NCBI GenBank assembly: GCA_964655175.1
Contig: CAZZLY010000001.1
Span: forward strand, 5,006-69,005
Length of the DNA: 64,000 bases
DNA from: an uncultured bacterium
Lineage (GTDB): Bacteria; Eisenbacteria; RBG-16-71-46
Reading direction: 5' to 3'
Shown in pieces: positions 52,298-61,970 of the stretch. The translations under genes were made by a program, and so were the position numbers. How positions within the stretch are numbered: the stretch's first letter is position 1; every line of letters starts with the position of its first letter. The notes below the pieces were generated by a model, which saw only the letters and a program-made list of their open reading frames with translations, was not told where the DNA came from and made no database searches.

Positions 52298-52872
52298 TCC
52301 GCGTCAATCTGCTGCCGCGCGAGGACAAGTCGCCGCGAGGCGGTCACGCCCTGAAGGTCAACGTCAAGGTCGGCGACCTCGTGTTGCCGATGGTCGTGCT
52401 CGGTGCCGCGGTCGTCGTGATCGCCGGTGCCGCGCTGTCGCAGCACTCGCGCGGCCAGGCGCTCGATCGCTCGATCCGGCAGGTGGACGCCGAGTCGCGC
52501 GCGCTCGCGCCGCAGATCGCGCGCGTGAACCAGTTGGCGCAGGAGCGCGCCGAGCTGGATCTGCGCATGGGCATCATCACCAAGTTGGAACGCGGTCGCA
52601 CCGAGGGTGTCCGGCTCATGGATGAGTTGGCGCGGTGCGTTCCGGACCACCTCTGGCTGACGGGGGTCTCCCAGGATGGGAGCAACCACCTGCAGGTGGA
52701 GGGGGTCACCTATTCGAACCTCGTCGTCTCCGACTTCATGTCGCGCATCGAACGCGCCGACCTGTTCTCGAACGTCGAGCTCTCGTTCGCCGAGCGCGGT
52801 GTGGTGAACGAGAAGAACGTCGTGAAGTTCCAGGTCAGCTGCACGGTGAGCCCCGAATCGGGCGCGAACTAG
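52294..52872 (+). CDS. pilN: Type IV pilus assembly protein PilN.
   Basis: MIRVNLLPRE start with a single TM and a periplasmic coiled coil. ATGA overlap with pilM. Confidence 0.75.
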   Translation: MIRVNLLPREDKSPRGGHALKVNVKVGDLVLPMVVLGAAVVVIAGAALSQHSRGQALDRSIRQVDAESRALAPQIARVNQLAQERAELDLRMGIITKLERGRTEGVRLMDELARCVPDHLWLTGVSQDGSNHLQVEGVTYSNLVVSDFMSRIERADLFSNVELSFAERGVVNEKNVVKFQVSCTVSPESGAN

Positions 52873-52888
52873 GAGAGGACCCGCCATC

Positions 52889-53521
52889 ATGCCCAACCTC
52901 GATCTGAAGAGTCCGGCGGCCCAGCGGTTCGTGCTCACGTTGCTCCTCGCGGGCGGCGCGGTCGGTCTGTACTTCGGCTCGCGTCTCACGCCGTGGACGT
53001 TCCCGAGCACGCAGGACCGTCTCGCCGAGACGCAGGCGCAGTACGAGAAGAAGTCGGCCGAGCTGGCGCGCGCGCGCGCGTCGGTCGCCGACCTGCCCCG
53101 CTTCGAGGCCGAGTACCAGCAGCTGCACCAGCGCTGGGAGCTCGCCTCCGAGCTGCTGCCGACCGATCGCCAGCTGCCGACCCTGCTGCGGCGCATCACG
53201 CTCGCGGGTCAGCAGACGGGCGTCACGTTCAAGGTGTTCCGTCCGGCCGGCGTGAAGCCGTCCGACTACCACACCGAGATGCCGATCAACGTCGCGGTCT
53301 CCGGCGACTATCACGCGGTGGGGTCGTTCCTCGCCGAGCTCGCCAACATGCGACGCATCGTGACGGTCTCGAACCTCAAGCTCGCGACCAACACGCGCAC
53401 CGAGGACGGCGGCACGACGCTCGCCGAGTTCACCGCCTCGGCCTACAGCCTCAACACCGCGCCGGCCACCACGCCGGGGGCGGCCACCACGAAGGGGGGC
53501 GCCAATGCCCGGAAGATCTGA
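52889..53521 (+). CDS. pilO: Type IV pilus assembly protein PilO.
   Basis: Single TM (FVLTLLLAGGAVGLYF). Coiled coil. C-terminal PilO core (PINVAVSGDYHAVGSFLAELANMRRIVTVSNLKL). Confidence 0.7.
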   Translation: MPNLDLKSPAAQRFVLTLLLAGGAVGLYFGSRLTPWTFPSTQDRLAETQAQYEKKSAELARARASVADLPRFEAEYQQLHQRWELASELLPTDRQLPTLLRRITLAGQQTGVTFKVFRPAGVKPSDYHTEMPINVAVSGDYHAVGSFLAELANMRRIVTVSNLKLATNTRTEDGGTTLAEFTASAYSLNTAPATTPGAATTKGGANARKI

Positions 53522-54227
53522 CGCCGTGGCCGGTCCGCTCCAGGCCCTGCGCGACCCGCGGACGCAGCGGATCGTCGGTCTCGTCGCACTCGTGCTGACC
53601 ACCGCGGCGCTCGGCGCCTGGCGCATGGGTTGGCTGGGTGGCACCGGCACGAGCGAGGAGACCGTCGTCGTGCAGACGCCGCCGCGCAAGGCCCGTCCGC
53701 ACCGTGTCGTGCCGCTCGCGGTGGCCCCGAAGGCGGACACGACGACCCCGTCGGCGCCCGTCGTCATGGGTCCGGAACCCGCGCCCAAGCCCGCCACGCG
53801 ACTCGCCTCGAGCACCGGGGTGGACGCGGCCGTGATCACGCTGGTGCCCGTGCAGGCGCCCGTCGTGCCGCCGCCGACGCCGCAGGTCGAGGAGCACGTC
53901 ACGTATCAGTACAACGCCATCGGTCGCCGCGACCCGTTCGTCTCGCTGGTCGGCGGGACGTTCGTCGGTGCCGACGTCGGTGGCGATGCGCCGCCCGATC
54001 CGGGTGGCATCAAGGTCGTGGGCATCGTCTGGGGCGCGACCGACCAGTTCGCGATGGTCGAGGACGTCCGTGGCAACAGCTACGTGCTCCGCAAGGGTGA
54101 TGCGCTGCAGAACGGCGTCGTCGACGAACTCCGTCGCGATGCCATCGTGGTCAGCATCAAGACCGATGGCCAGAGCCAGCAGGTCGTGATTCCGTTCACG
54201 CGGAAGGGAGACGGCAATGATCGCTAA
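53505..54227 (+). CDS. pilP: Type IV pilus assembly protein PilP-like.
   Basis: N-terminal anchor. Pro/Ala-rich linker. C-terminal beta domain (YVLRKGDALQNGVVDELRRDAIVV). Assigned mainly by position between pilO and pilQ. Confidence 0.5.
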   Translation: MPGRSDAVAGPLQALRDPRTQRIVGLVALVLTTAALGAWRMGWLGGTGTSEETVVVQTPPRKARPHRVVPLAVAPKADTTTPSAPVVMGPEPAPKPATRLASSTGVDAAVITLVPVQAPVVPPPTPQVEEHVTYQYNAIGRRDPFVSLVGGTFVGADVGGDAPPDPGGIKVVGIVWGATDQFAMVEDVRGNSYVLRKGDALQNGVVDELRRDAIVVSIKTDGQSQQVVIPFTRKGDGNDR

Positions 54228-55584
54228 GAAGATGGGTCTCGGCATCCTGATCGTGACGTTCCTCATGAGCGTCGCGGCGGTTCCCGTCGTGGCCCAGTCG
54301 TCGGCGGGCAGCACGGTGGGCCTGGTCAAGACGGGCACCGGCAGCTTCAGCCTCGACGTGGACGGTGCGGATCTTCGCACCGTGCTGCGGGCGATCTCGG
54401 AGTTCAGCGGTCGCAACATCGTGCTCGGCACGACCGCCAAGGGCACGGTCCGTCTCACCGTGAAGAACGTCGCGTGGCAGGACGCGCTCAAGGCGGTCCT
54501 GCGTGCGAACGGCCTCGATTACGTCGAGGACGGCGCCATCATCCGCGTGGACGATGCCGCCAAGCTCAACGCGGAGAAGGTGGACCGCGAGACGGCCAAC
54601 GCGCGCACGCTCGAACTCGTGCCGCTCGAGACGCGCATCGTGAAGCTGAGCTATGCGAACGCCTCGGAGCTCACGACGCCGCTCGGCGCCACGCTCTCCA
54701 AGCGCGGCACGATCCAGGTCGAGAAGCGCACGAACTCGCTCATCGTGACCGATCTGCCGTCGAACCTCGACGCGATCACGCAGATGGCGAACCAGCTCGA
54801 TTCCGAGACGCCGCAGATCAAGATCGAGGCGAAGCTGGTGGACCTCGACGAGGGCGACGTGACCGCGCTGGGCGTCGAATGGACGCACGGCATCGGCCAG
54901 TCGCAGTTCGTCTCGGACGGCGCCGGCGCCCCGATCCAGCTGCGCCCGGCCGTGAGCCCGCACGGCAGCGTGACCATGGGCTCGCAGGTCTCGACCGGCA
55001 TCGCCGGTCCGGCCGCCCGCGTGAACTTCGGTGTCTTCCGTCGTTGGGGTGACCTCGAGGCGTCGCTGCAGGCGCTCGCCAGCCAGAACAAGGCCGAGAT
55101 CATCTCGAACCCGGTCATCACGACGGTGGACAACCGTGAAGCGAAGATCGTCGTGGGCCAGAAGATCCCGCTCATCGTGCAGGACGTGGCCGGTAATCCG
55201 GTCTCGCAGCTGCAGACGGTCGGCATCCAGCTGCGCGTGACGCCGCACCTGACGTCCGAGAAGAAGATCGTGCTCGACCTGCATCCCGAGGTCAGCGATC
55301 TCGCGTCGGGCTCCACGGTGCAGGGTGGTCTCATCATCAACACGTCTGAAGCCGACACGCGCGTGATGGTCGAGGACGGCGAGATCGCCGTCATCGGTGG
55401 CCTCAAGCGCAAGAACACGACCTCGGTCAACCGTGGTGTGCCGGTGCTGCGCAGCATCCCGCTGCTGGGCATGCTGTTCAGCTCGAACACCGACACGCAC
55501 GCCGAGCGCAGCCTCGTGATCTTCGTGAAGCCGACGCTGGTCACGTCGTTGGCGGCCGACGCCTCCGAGACGCCCAGCAAGTAA
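54217..55584 (+). CDS. pilQ: Type IV pilus secretin.
   Basis: Signal peptide. N0/N1 domains (DLRTVLRAISEFSGRNIVL). Secretin core (VIGGL...VPVLRSIPLLGMLFS...ERSLVIFVKPTLV). Only 455 aa, with no AMIN domains. Confidence 0.8.
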   Translation: MIAKKMGLGILIVTFLMSVAAVPVVAQSSAGSTVGLVKTGTGSFSLDVDGADLRTVLRAISEFSGRNIVLGTTAKGTVRLTVKNVAWQDALKAVLRANGLDYVEDGAIIRVDDAAKLNAEKVDRETANARTLELVPLETRIVKLSYANASELTTPLGATLSKRGTIQVEKRTNSLIVTDLPSNLDAITQMANQLDSETPQIKIEAKLVDLDEGDVTALGVEWTHGIGQSQFVSDGAGAPIQLRPAVSPHGSVTMGSQVSTGIAGPAARVNFGVFRRWGDLEASLQALASQNKAEIISNPVITTVDNREAKIVVGQKIPLIVQDVAGNPVSQLQTVGIQLRVTPHLTSEKKIVLDLHPEVSDLASGSTVQGGLIINTSEADTRVMVEDGEIAVIGGLKRKNTTSVNRGVPVLRSIPLLGMLFSSNTDTHAERSLVIFVKPTLVTSLAADASETPSK

Positions 55585-55604
55585 GCGCCTCGAGTCGAAC
55601 CTGC

Positions 55605-55640
55605 GACGCCGCCGGGTCCCGCACCCGGCGGCGTCGCTTT
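55605..55640 (+). terminator. Rho-independent terminator downstream of pilQ.
   Basis: gacgccgccgggt-cccgc-acccggcggcgtc forms a perfect 13-bp stem, followed by gcttt. Confidence 0.6.
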
Positions 55641-55672
55641 GCGTCGTCCCCCGGAGCGGCTAGGCTGCGCGC

Positions 55673-56212
55673 ATGATCACGAACCTCGTCCGTCCCGTCG
55701 CACTCATCGGGCTCATGGGCGCCGGCAAGAGCGCGGTCGCGCGCGTACTCGGCGAACGTCTGGGCGTCTCGGTGGCCGACCTCGACGGTATGATCGAGGC
55801 CATCGAGGGCTGCTCGGTGGCCGAGCTGTTCGAACGCGCCGGCGAGGCCTGGTTCCGACGTCGCGAGAGCGAACTGCTGGCGGAGGCGCTGCGGTCCGGC
55901 GTGCGCGTGGTCGCCTGTGGCGGTGGCGTGGTGCTGGACCCCGCGCAGCGCGCGCTCCTGCGCGAACGCTGTCACGTCGTCTGGCTCGAGGTCGCGCCCG
56001 AGGAGGCCGCCCGCCGGGTGACGGCCCAGCACGCCGACCCCGCGCGGGTGCGTCCGCTCTTGGCGGGTGAGGCCCCGGAGTCCCGGCTGCGGACGCTGCT
56101 CGAGGCCCGTGCACCTCTTTATGAGGAGGCGGCGCACCAGCGCGTCACCACGCAGGGGCGCACCCCCGAGCAGGTCGCCGACGCGGTGATCGCCGGGTTG
56201 CCGCGTTCATGA
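55673..56212 (+). CDS. aroK: Shikimate kinase.
   Basis: Walker A LIGLMGAGKS. Overall AroK similarity. 179 aa. It lies downstream of pilQ, as in many proteobacteria. Confidence 0.85.
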   Translation: MITNLVRPVALIGLMGAGKSAVARVLGERLGVSVADLDGMIEAIEGCSVAELFERAGEAWFRRRESELLAEALRSGVRVVACGGGVVLDPAQRALLRERCHVVWLEVAPEEAARRVTAQHADPARVRPLLAGEAPESRLRTLLEARAPLYEEAAHQRVTTQGRTPEQVADAVIAGLPRS

Positions 56213-57012
56213 CGTCGCGCGCGCACGTCGCGCGGGCGGCCGTGCTGGTCGCGTGCGTGTGTGCGCTCGGCGCGTGCGCGCCACCCGCGCCGGGGTCGCT
56301 CGAGCACCTCGAGGTCACGGCGCGGCGCGACGCCGAACGACGGGAGCGCACCTACGCCGACGCCGAGGGCGTGGCGGTCGTGCGACTGGACGGTCGCGCG
56401 ACCGGGCGACTGCCGGCGCTCGAGCTGCGTCTCGACCTCGCCACCCCGGATCGCGTGCGTCTGCAGTTCCGCTGGTTGCTCGGAGTGCTGGGCGAGGTCG
56501 TGACCCGTCGCGACACGCTGGTCGCATGGGTGCCGAGCGAACGGCTCGGGCTGTCGTTCGCGGGACTCGACGATTCGTTGGGTGTCCACGAACCGGCGCG
56601 GTTCCTCGCGCAGGCGTTGACCGCTGGATGGGTCGCGCCGCACGAGGCCTGGCGCGACGCGGTGGTCGACAGCGCGGGTGTCCTGCTCGCGTGGCGCGAG
56701 GGCGACGGGGACGCGTGGACGATGCGCGTGGACCGACGCGCGCGCCCGGTCGAGGCCGCGGTGTCGCGCGGGGATCACACGCTCACGATCCGCGTCTCGG
56801 CGTGGGACGGCGTGGGCGGACAGGCCCATCCCGAGCGCATCGAGATCGCGGACGGCGACGGCTGGGTGCGCCTGCGGCTCGACGTGGACGACCTGCATCC
56901 GGTGCGTCGGCCGCGTGCCGCGACGTTCGCGCTCACCCTGCCGGGGGATGCGAGGACGCTCGACTGGGGCGATCTGACGCGATTGCTCACCTTGGGGGGA
57001 GGGGCACGATGA
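56209..57012 (+). CDS. Hypothetical lipoprotein.
   Basis: MTSRAHVARAAVLVACVCALGACAPP is a signal peptide plus lipobox (LGAC). ATGA overlap with aroK. Confidence 0.4.
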   Translation: MTSRAHVARAAVLVACVCALGACAPPAPGSLEHLEVTARRDAERRERTYADAEGVAVVRLDGRATGRLPALELRLDLATPDRVRLQFRWLLGVLGEVVTRRDTLVAWVPSERLGLSFAGLDDSLGVHEPARFLAQALTAGWVAPHEAWRDAVVDSAGVLLAWREGDGDAWTMRVDRRARPVEAAVSRGDHTLTIRVSAWDGVGGQAHPERIEIADGDGWVRLRLDVDDLHPVRRPRAATFALTLPGDARTLDWGDLTRLLTLGGGAR

Positions 57013-57617
57013 GATCCATGCTCGCGATCGTGACGGCGTCGCTGATGCTCGCCACCGGTGTGCTCGCCGGGCCGTTGGAGTCCACGCGCGCGCTGCGCGA
57101 GGGCCTGGCCGCGCACGGTCGCGCGGAAGCGTTGCTGTCGTGGAACGTGCCCGGGCCCCCGGGGACGACCGCGCAGGCGCTGCAGGGCTCGCTCGCGCTC
57201 GAGCCGCCCGGCTTCGCGCGCCTCGACGTGCGCGGCAACGGTGAGCGCATCACGCTGCGTGCCGACGGCGGCGAATGGCTGCAGCCGCGACTGCACCAGT
57301 TCATCCGCCTCGATGCGCGGCAGTCGGTCGCGGCCATGGGCTGGTGGCGCGTGCTGGTGGGTGGCACCGGAGTGCGCGAACGTCGCCTGGGGCCCCGTCG
57401 CTGGCGTCTCGTGGTGGACGACACGCCGGTCGCCGCCGGCGACAGCGCCGACGTCTCGCTCGATGCGCGCGGCCTGCCCACGCGCCTCGAACTCGCCGAC
57501 GGCATGGGCGGCAGAACGGTGTACCGACTCGCCGCGTGGCGCTTCACGCGCCCCAAGGGACCCGCCGCGTTCAAGCTCACGCCGCCCCCCGGCGTCGACG
57601 TCGTCGAGATGCCCTGA
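57009..57617 (+). CDS. LolA-like periplasmic lipoprotein-carrier fold protein.
   Basis: Signal peptide MRSMLAIVTASLMLATGVLAG. Size (~200 aa) and beta-rich pattern are typical of LolA/LolB. Assignment is tentative. ATGA overlap with the upstream lipoprotein gene. Confidence 0.4.
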   Translation: MRSMLAIVTASLMLATGVLAGPLESTRALREGLAAHGRAEALLSWNVPGPPGTTAQALQGSLALEPPGFARLDVRGNGERITLRADGGEWLQPRLHQFIRLDARQSVAAMGWWRVLVGGTGVRERRLGPRRWRLVVDDTPVAAGDSADVSLDARGLPTRLELADGMGGRTVYRLAAWRFTRPKGPAAFKLTPPPGVDVVEMP

Positions 57618-57673
57618 CCCCACGGTCCGTGGCATTGACACCCGCGCGCCGGGTCGTCCATCTTGCCAGCATC

Positions 57674-58249
57674 ATGCGCGTGATCGCGGGAGAACTCGGA
57701 GGGCGCCGGTTGCATGCGCCGCACGGTGACCGCACCCGGCCGACCTCGGACCGCGTCCGCGAGGCGCTGTTCATGGCGCTCGGGTCGCTCGAGGGCGCAC
57801 GGGTCGTGGACCTGTTCTCGGGCAGCGGGGCGCTCGCCATCGAGGCGCTGTCGCGCGGCGCGGTGTGGGCGGACCTCGTGGACAGCGATCGTCGCGCCCG
57901 CGACACCATCGTCCGCAATCTGACGGAACTCGCGCTCACCGAGCGCGCCCGGCTCTGGCCGCTGCGTCTGCCGGCCGGACTGGCGCGGCTCGGCGAGGCG
58001 CTGGCGAGCGCACAGGTCGTGTTCGCCGATCCGCCCTACGGCGGGGCCGACGCGCGCGCCGTGCTCACGGGGCTGGGCAAGCCCGGCGTGCTGCAGCCCG
58101 CGGCACGGGTGGTGCTCGAGACGCACGCCAAGGACGTGGTGCCCGAACAGGAGGGCTGCCTCGTGCGCGAGCGCGAACGGCAGTACGGTGAGACGGTCGT
58201 GCACGTGTACCGCGTCGGCGCCACGCCGACCGCAGGAGGGGAGGGCTGA
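57674..58249 (+). CDS. rsmD: 16S rRNA (guanine966-N2)-methyltransferase.
   Basis: [13 protein letters not shown] ... [18 protein letters not shown] ... FADPPY are RsmD motifs. Confidence 0.8.
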   Translation: MRVIAGELGGRRLHAPHGDRTRPTSDRVREALFMALGSLEGARVVDLFSGSGALAIEALSRGAVWADLVDSDRRARDTIVRNLTELALTERARLWPLRLPAGLARLGEALASAQVVFADPPYGGADARAVLTGLGKPGVLQPAARVVLETHAKDVVPEQEGCLVRERERQYGETVVHVYRVGATPTAGGEG

Positions 58250-58830
58250 TGCCGAAGTCGCGTCGCATCGCGTTGTTCCCGGGCAGCTTCGATCCGTTCA
58301 CGAACGGCCATCTCGACCTGGCCCGCCGCGCCTCGGTGCTGTTCGACGAGGTCGTTGTCGCGGTCGCGCACAATCCGGCCAAGACCGGCCTGTTCACGCC
58401 CGACGAGCGCGTCGCCATGATCGAGGACGCCGTGCGCGACCGGCGCAACGTGCGCGCGATCCACTTCGCGGGTCTGCTCGTGGACTGCGCCCGCGACATC
58501 GGCGCGCAGGCGATCATCCGAGGATTGCGCGCGGTGAGCGACTTCGAGTTCGAGTTCCAGATGGCGCTCATGAACCGTCGCCTCGCGCCCGCCATCGAGA
58601 TCGCGTTCCTCATGCCGAGTCAGGAGTACACGTACCTCAACTCGACGCTCGTCAAGGAGGTCGCCCGACACGGTGGGAGTGTGCGCGGGCTCGTCCCGAC
58701 GGGGGTCGAGCGCATGCTGATCGCGCGCCTGGCCGACGGTCGTCGCGCGGCCGCCGCCGCCCGTCGCGAGGCCCGAAGCGCCACCGCGGGCCGCGCCCGA
58801 ACGTCGCGTGCGAAGGGACGTCGTCGGTGA
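58249..58830 (+). CDS. coaD: Phosphopantetheine adenylyltransferase.
   Basis: [17 protein letters not shown] has the HxGH motif, with [22 protein letters not shown]. It is in the classic rsmD-coaD pair. Confidence 0.9.
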   Translation: MPKSRRIALFPGSFDPFTNGHLDLARRASVLFDEVVVAVAHNPAKTGLFTPDERVAMIEDAVRDRRNVRAIHFAGLLVDCARDIGAQAIIRGLRAVSDFEFEFQMALMNRRLAPAIEIAFLMPSQEYTYLNSTLVKEVARHGGSVRGLVPTGVERMLIARLADGRRAAAAARREARSATAGRARTSRAKGRRR

Positions 58831-59843
58831 GTCGTCTGCTCGAGCGCATCCGGCGCGAGGCGCAGTCCGCGCCGCGGCGACTCCTGCTCGCGGAGGGCGG
58901 GGACCCGCGTATCGTGGGGGCCGCGGCGCGGATCGCGCGCGAGCGTCTCGCCCGCGTCACCGTCCTGGGCGACCCGGCCGAGGTCATGGCCACCGCGCGG
59001 CGCGCCGACGTCACGCCGGGTTCGTTCGAGGTGCGCGACGCCGCCGATGCGGCACTGGTCGCGCGCACCCGCGCCGCGATCGAGCGCGCCCGCGGCACGC
59101 GCATCGCCGCGTCGGACCTCGAACGCTGCGCGGCGGATCCCTTGTTCCAGGCGGCGATGCTGGTGCGCGCGGGCGAGGCCGACACGTTCGTGGCCGGTGC
59201 GGTGCGCACCACCGCCGACGTGTTGCGCGCCGCGCTCTGGCTCATCGGACTGGCGAGCGACGTGAAGAGCGTGTCGAGCTTCTTCCTCATGATCCTGCCC
59301 GGCACCCCCGAACGCGTGCTCACGTTCGCGGACTGCGGCGTGCTGCCCGATCCGACGGCCGAGCAGTTGGCCGAGATCGCGTGTCTGGCCGCGGATCGCC
59401 ATCAGCGCCTGACGCGCGAGGTGCCGCACGTCGCGATGCTGTCGTTCTCGACGAAGGGCAGCGCCGAGCACCCGCACGTCGTCAAGGTGCGGGAGGCCAC
59501 CGCGCTCGCTCGTGCGCGGCGGCCCGATCTGCACATCGACGGCGAGTTGCAGGCCGACGCCGCGCTCGTGCCGGCGGTGGGGCAGCGCAAATCGCCGGGC
59601 TCCGTGGTCGCCGGGCACGCCAACGTGCTCGTGTTCCCGGACCTCGACGCCGGCAACATCGGTTACAAGCTCGTGCAGCGGCTCGCGGGTGCGACCGCAC
59701 TCGGGCCGATCCTGCAGGGCCTCGCGTGTCAGGCCAACGACCTGTCGCGCGGCTGTTCACTCGAGGACGTCGTGGACGTGGCCACCGTCGCCTGCACACT
59801 CGCGGGCGAGGACGGCCCCGCGACGCCTCCCGGGAGGTCGTGA
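58827..59843 (+). CDS. pta: Phosphate acetyl/butyryl-transferase (PTA_PTB family).
   Basis: [22 protein letters not shown] and [13 protein letters not shown] match the Pta catalytic domain. GTGA overlap with coaD. No ackA is adjacent. Confidence 0.6.
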   Translation: MSRLLERIRREAQSAPRRLLLAEGGDPRIVGAAARIARERLARVTVLGDPAEVMATARRADVTPGSFEVRDAADAALVARTRAAIERARGTRIAASDLERCAADPLFQAAMLVRAGEADTFVAGAVRTTADVLRAALWLIGLASDVKSVSSFFLMILPGTPERVLTFADCGVLPDPTAEQLAEIACLAADRHQRLTREVPHVAMLSFSTKGSAEHPHVVKVREATALARARRPDLHIDGELQADAALVPAVGQRKSPGSVVAGHANVLVFPDLDAGNIGYKLVQRLAGATALGPILQGLACQANDLSRGCSLEDVVDVATVACTLAGEDGPATPPGRS

Positions 59844-59849
59844 CGCGTC

Positions 59850-60125
59850 ATGCCGACTTACGTGTATCGCTGCAAGAAGGGCCACACCTTCGAACTGTTC
59901 CACAGCATCTCGGACGAGAGCCCCAAGAAGTGCCCCGAGTGCCGGTCCGCCTCGACGCGCGTTCCGGCCGGCGGCTCGGGCCTGCTGTTCAAGGGTTCCG
60001 GCTTCTACATCACGGACTACCGCAGCTCCGGCTACAAGGAGAAGGCGAGCCAGGACAAGGGCGGCGGCGAGGGCGGCAAGTCGTCCGGCGGTGACAAGGC
60101 CGGCGGCGCGGCCAAGGGCGACTGA
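59850..60125 (+). CDS. FmdB-family zinc-ribbon protein.
   Basis: MPTYVYRCKKGHTFELFHSISDESPKKCPECRS has the CxxGH...CPxC putative regulatory zinc ribbon, with a Gly/Lys-rich tail. Confidence 0.6.
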   Translation: MPTYVYRCKKGHTFELFHSISDESPKKCPECRSASTRVPAGGSGLLFKGSGFYITDYRSSGYKEKASQDKGGGEGGKSSGGDKAGGAAKGD

Positions 60126-60130
60126 CGGGC

Positions 60131-61936
60131 GTGACCGCGACCCTCACCGCCCTGTTGCTGCGCTCGCGCGGCATCGTGCCCGGCACGCCGATCGAGTGGC
60201 GACCGGATCACGTCCTGCTCGACGATGCCGACGGCACGGTCGCGGGGCTCACCTTCGAGGCGGCCGGTGCGACGCGCATCGCCTGCGAGACCGCGGTGTT
60301 CGTGCCGCAGCGCGAGGGCGCGGGGCCGGACGACCTCGAGGACCTGCGCTATCTGCAGAGTTTCGCGAGCGCGACCGGTGCGCGTTTCGTGCGACCGGGT
60401 GCGGGCACGGCGTCGTCGGTCTATCGCCGCGCGTTCGCGCAACCCGGTCGCGTGCTCGCGAGTCGCGTGCCCGATGCGGGCGCGGCCGGGGCGCTGGGCA
60501 TGCTGGTGCTGCCCGTGGGGGCGCTCGAGGCGGGCGCCGCGATGGCCGGTGAGTCGCTGCGCATGCAGCGTCCGCGCGTGGTCGGGGTCGCGTTCGAGGG
60601 CGTCGCCGACCCGGGCGTGACCGGGCACGACGTGCTGCTCGCACTCGAGCGGCGACTCGCGGGTGAGGCGAACGGCGCGGTGCTCGAATGCCACGGCGAG
60701 GGCATCGCCTCGCTGTCCATGGCCGATCGCTTCACGCTCGCGGCGCGCGGTCCCCGGCTGACGGGCGCGCTCGCGCTGCTGCTGCCCAGCGACGATCGCA
60801 CCAAGCAGTGGTTCAAGCAGGCGGGTCGCGAACACGATTGGCGGCGGCAGGAGGGACCCGATCGCGGTTTCGACGACGAGGTGTCGCTCGATCTGGGGCG
60901 CGTGCGCCCCGAGCGCGCCGAGGGCACGCGCGTGCGCATCGGCCCGTTCGCCGACGACGAGGACGTGCTCGCGTTGGCGCGTGCGCTCGCGGAGCGCGAC
61001 CGAGCGCTGGCGCATCCGCTCGAGGTGGTCGTCTCGGGCCGCATGGCGCTCTCGGCGTGGACCGCGTCCGGGGCGCTCGACGCGCTGCGTGCGGTCGGGG
61101 CGCAGTTCCTGGATCGCGCCGACCCGCAGGCCGTGGCTCTGCCGCCGGGGACGGTCGTGGTGGGCGGCGACCCGCTCGACGCCACCGAACGCGAACGCGA
61201 GCGCGGCGTGTGGGCCTGCGCCGCGACGCTGATCGGACGTTCACCCGCCGAGGCCATGGTGACCGCCGGGCACGGCGAGCCGTACGCACCCGCTCCGCAC
61301 GACGACGTGCTCGAGCCCGTCGGGGGCGGCATCGAGCGCGGGGCGCGGCATCGTCCGCCCGTGACCGCACCGCGTCACGACGAGCCGTACCGTGCGGTCG
61401 TCGTGCTCGAGGCTCTGGACGACGCGCACGCCTCCCGCTTGCTGCCGTGGGGCCCGCGCGTGTGGGCGGTGCGCGCCGATGCCGACGAGATCGCGACGGC
61501 CCTGTTCCGGCCGCTCGATCCCGAGGCGGCGGCGCGTGCACGCGCGCTGGGTTCGACCGTGATCGTGGCCGGCGAGCGCTTCGGCGCGGGGGCCCATCTC
61601 GAGACCGTGGCCCGCGCCGCGGTCGCGCTCGGGGTGCGCGCGGTGGTCGCGACCTCGTATGCTGAGGGGAGCGACCGGACGCTGGCGTTGCACGGCGTCC
61701 TGCCGCTCACCTGGCTCGACCCCGCGGATCGCCGCGAGGCGCGCACCGGGGACGAGCTCGAGGTGCCGCCGCCCACGCCGGGCGTGCCCCCGGGCGGCCG
61801 CGTCCCGTTGCGTCATCTCACGCGAGGGTTCACCTTCGACGTGAAGTGCGACCTGTCGGTCCCGCTCCGCGAGCTCGCGCGCGCGGGCGGCCTGCTGCAC
61901 GCGCTGCGCGACACGATCGCCGACGGCGTTCGTTGA
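60131..61936 (+). CDS. Hypothetical protein with weak resemblance to the aconitase-X (DUF521/DUF126) family.
   Basis: 601 aa. It is Ala/Gly-rich, with few Cys (ACETAVF, ECHGEG, WACAATL). Assignment is speculative and based on length and general composition only. Confidence 0.25.
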   Translation: MTATLTALLLRSRGIVPGTPIEWRPDHVLLDDADGTVAGLTFEAAGATRIACETAVFVPQREGAGPDDLEDLRYLQSFASATGARFVRPGAGTASSVYRRAFAQPGRVLASRVPDAGAAGALGMLVLPVGALEAGAAMAGESLRMQRPRVVGVAFEGVADPGVTGHDVLLALERRLAGEANGAVLECHGEGIASLSMADRFTLAARGPRLTGALALLLPSDDRTKQWFKQAGREHDWRRQEGPDRGFDDEVSLDLGRVRPERAEGTRVRIGPFADDEDVLALARALAERDRALAHPLEVVVSGRMALSAWTASGALDALRAVGAQFLDRADPQAVALPPGTVVVGGDPLDATERERERGVWACAATLIGRSPAEAMVTAGHGEPYAPAPHDDVLEPVGGGIERGARHRPPVTAPRHDEPYRAVVVLEALDDAHASRLLPWGPRVWAVRADADEIATALFRPLDPEAAARARALGSTVIVAGERFGAGAHLETVARAAVALGVRAVVATSYAEGSDRTLALHGVLPLTWLDPADRREARTGDELEVPPPTPGVPPGGRVPLRHLTRGFTFDVKCDLSVPLRELARAGGLLHALRDTIADGVR

Positions 61937-61970
61937 ATCCCCGTTCCCTCCCTGCAGGAGTCCCGTTCCC

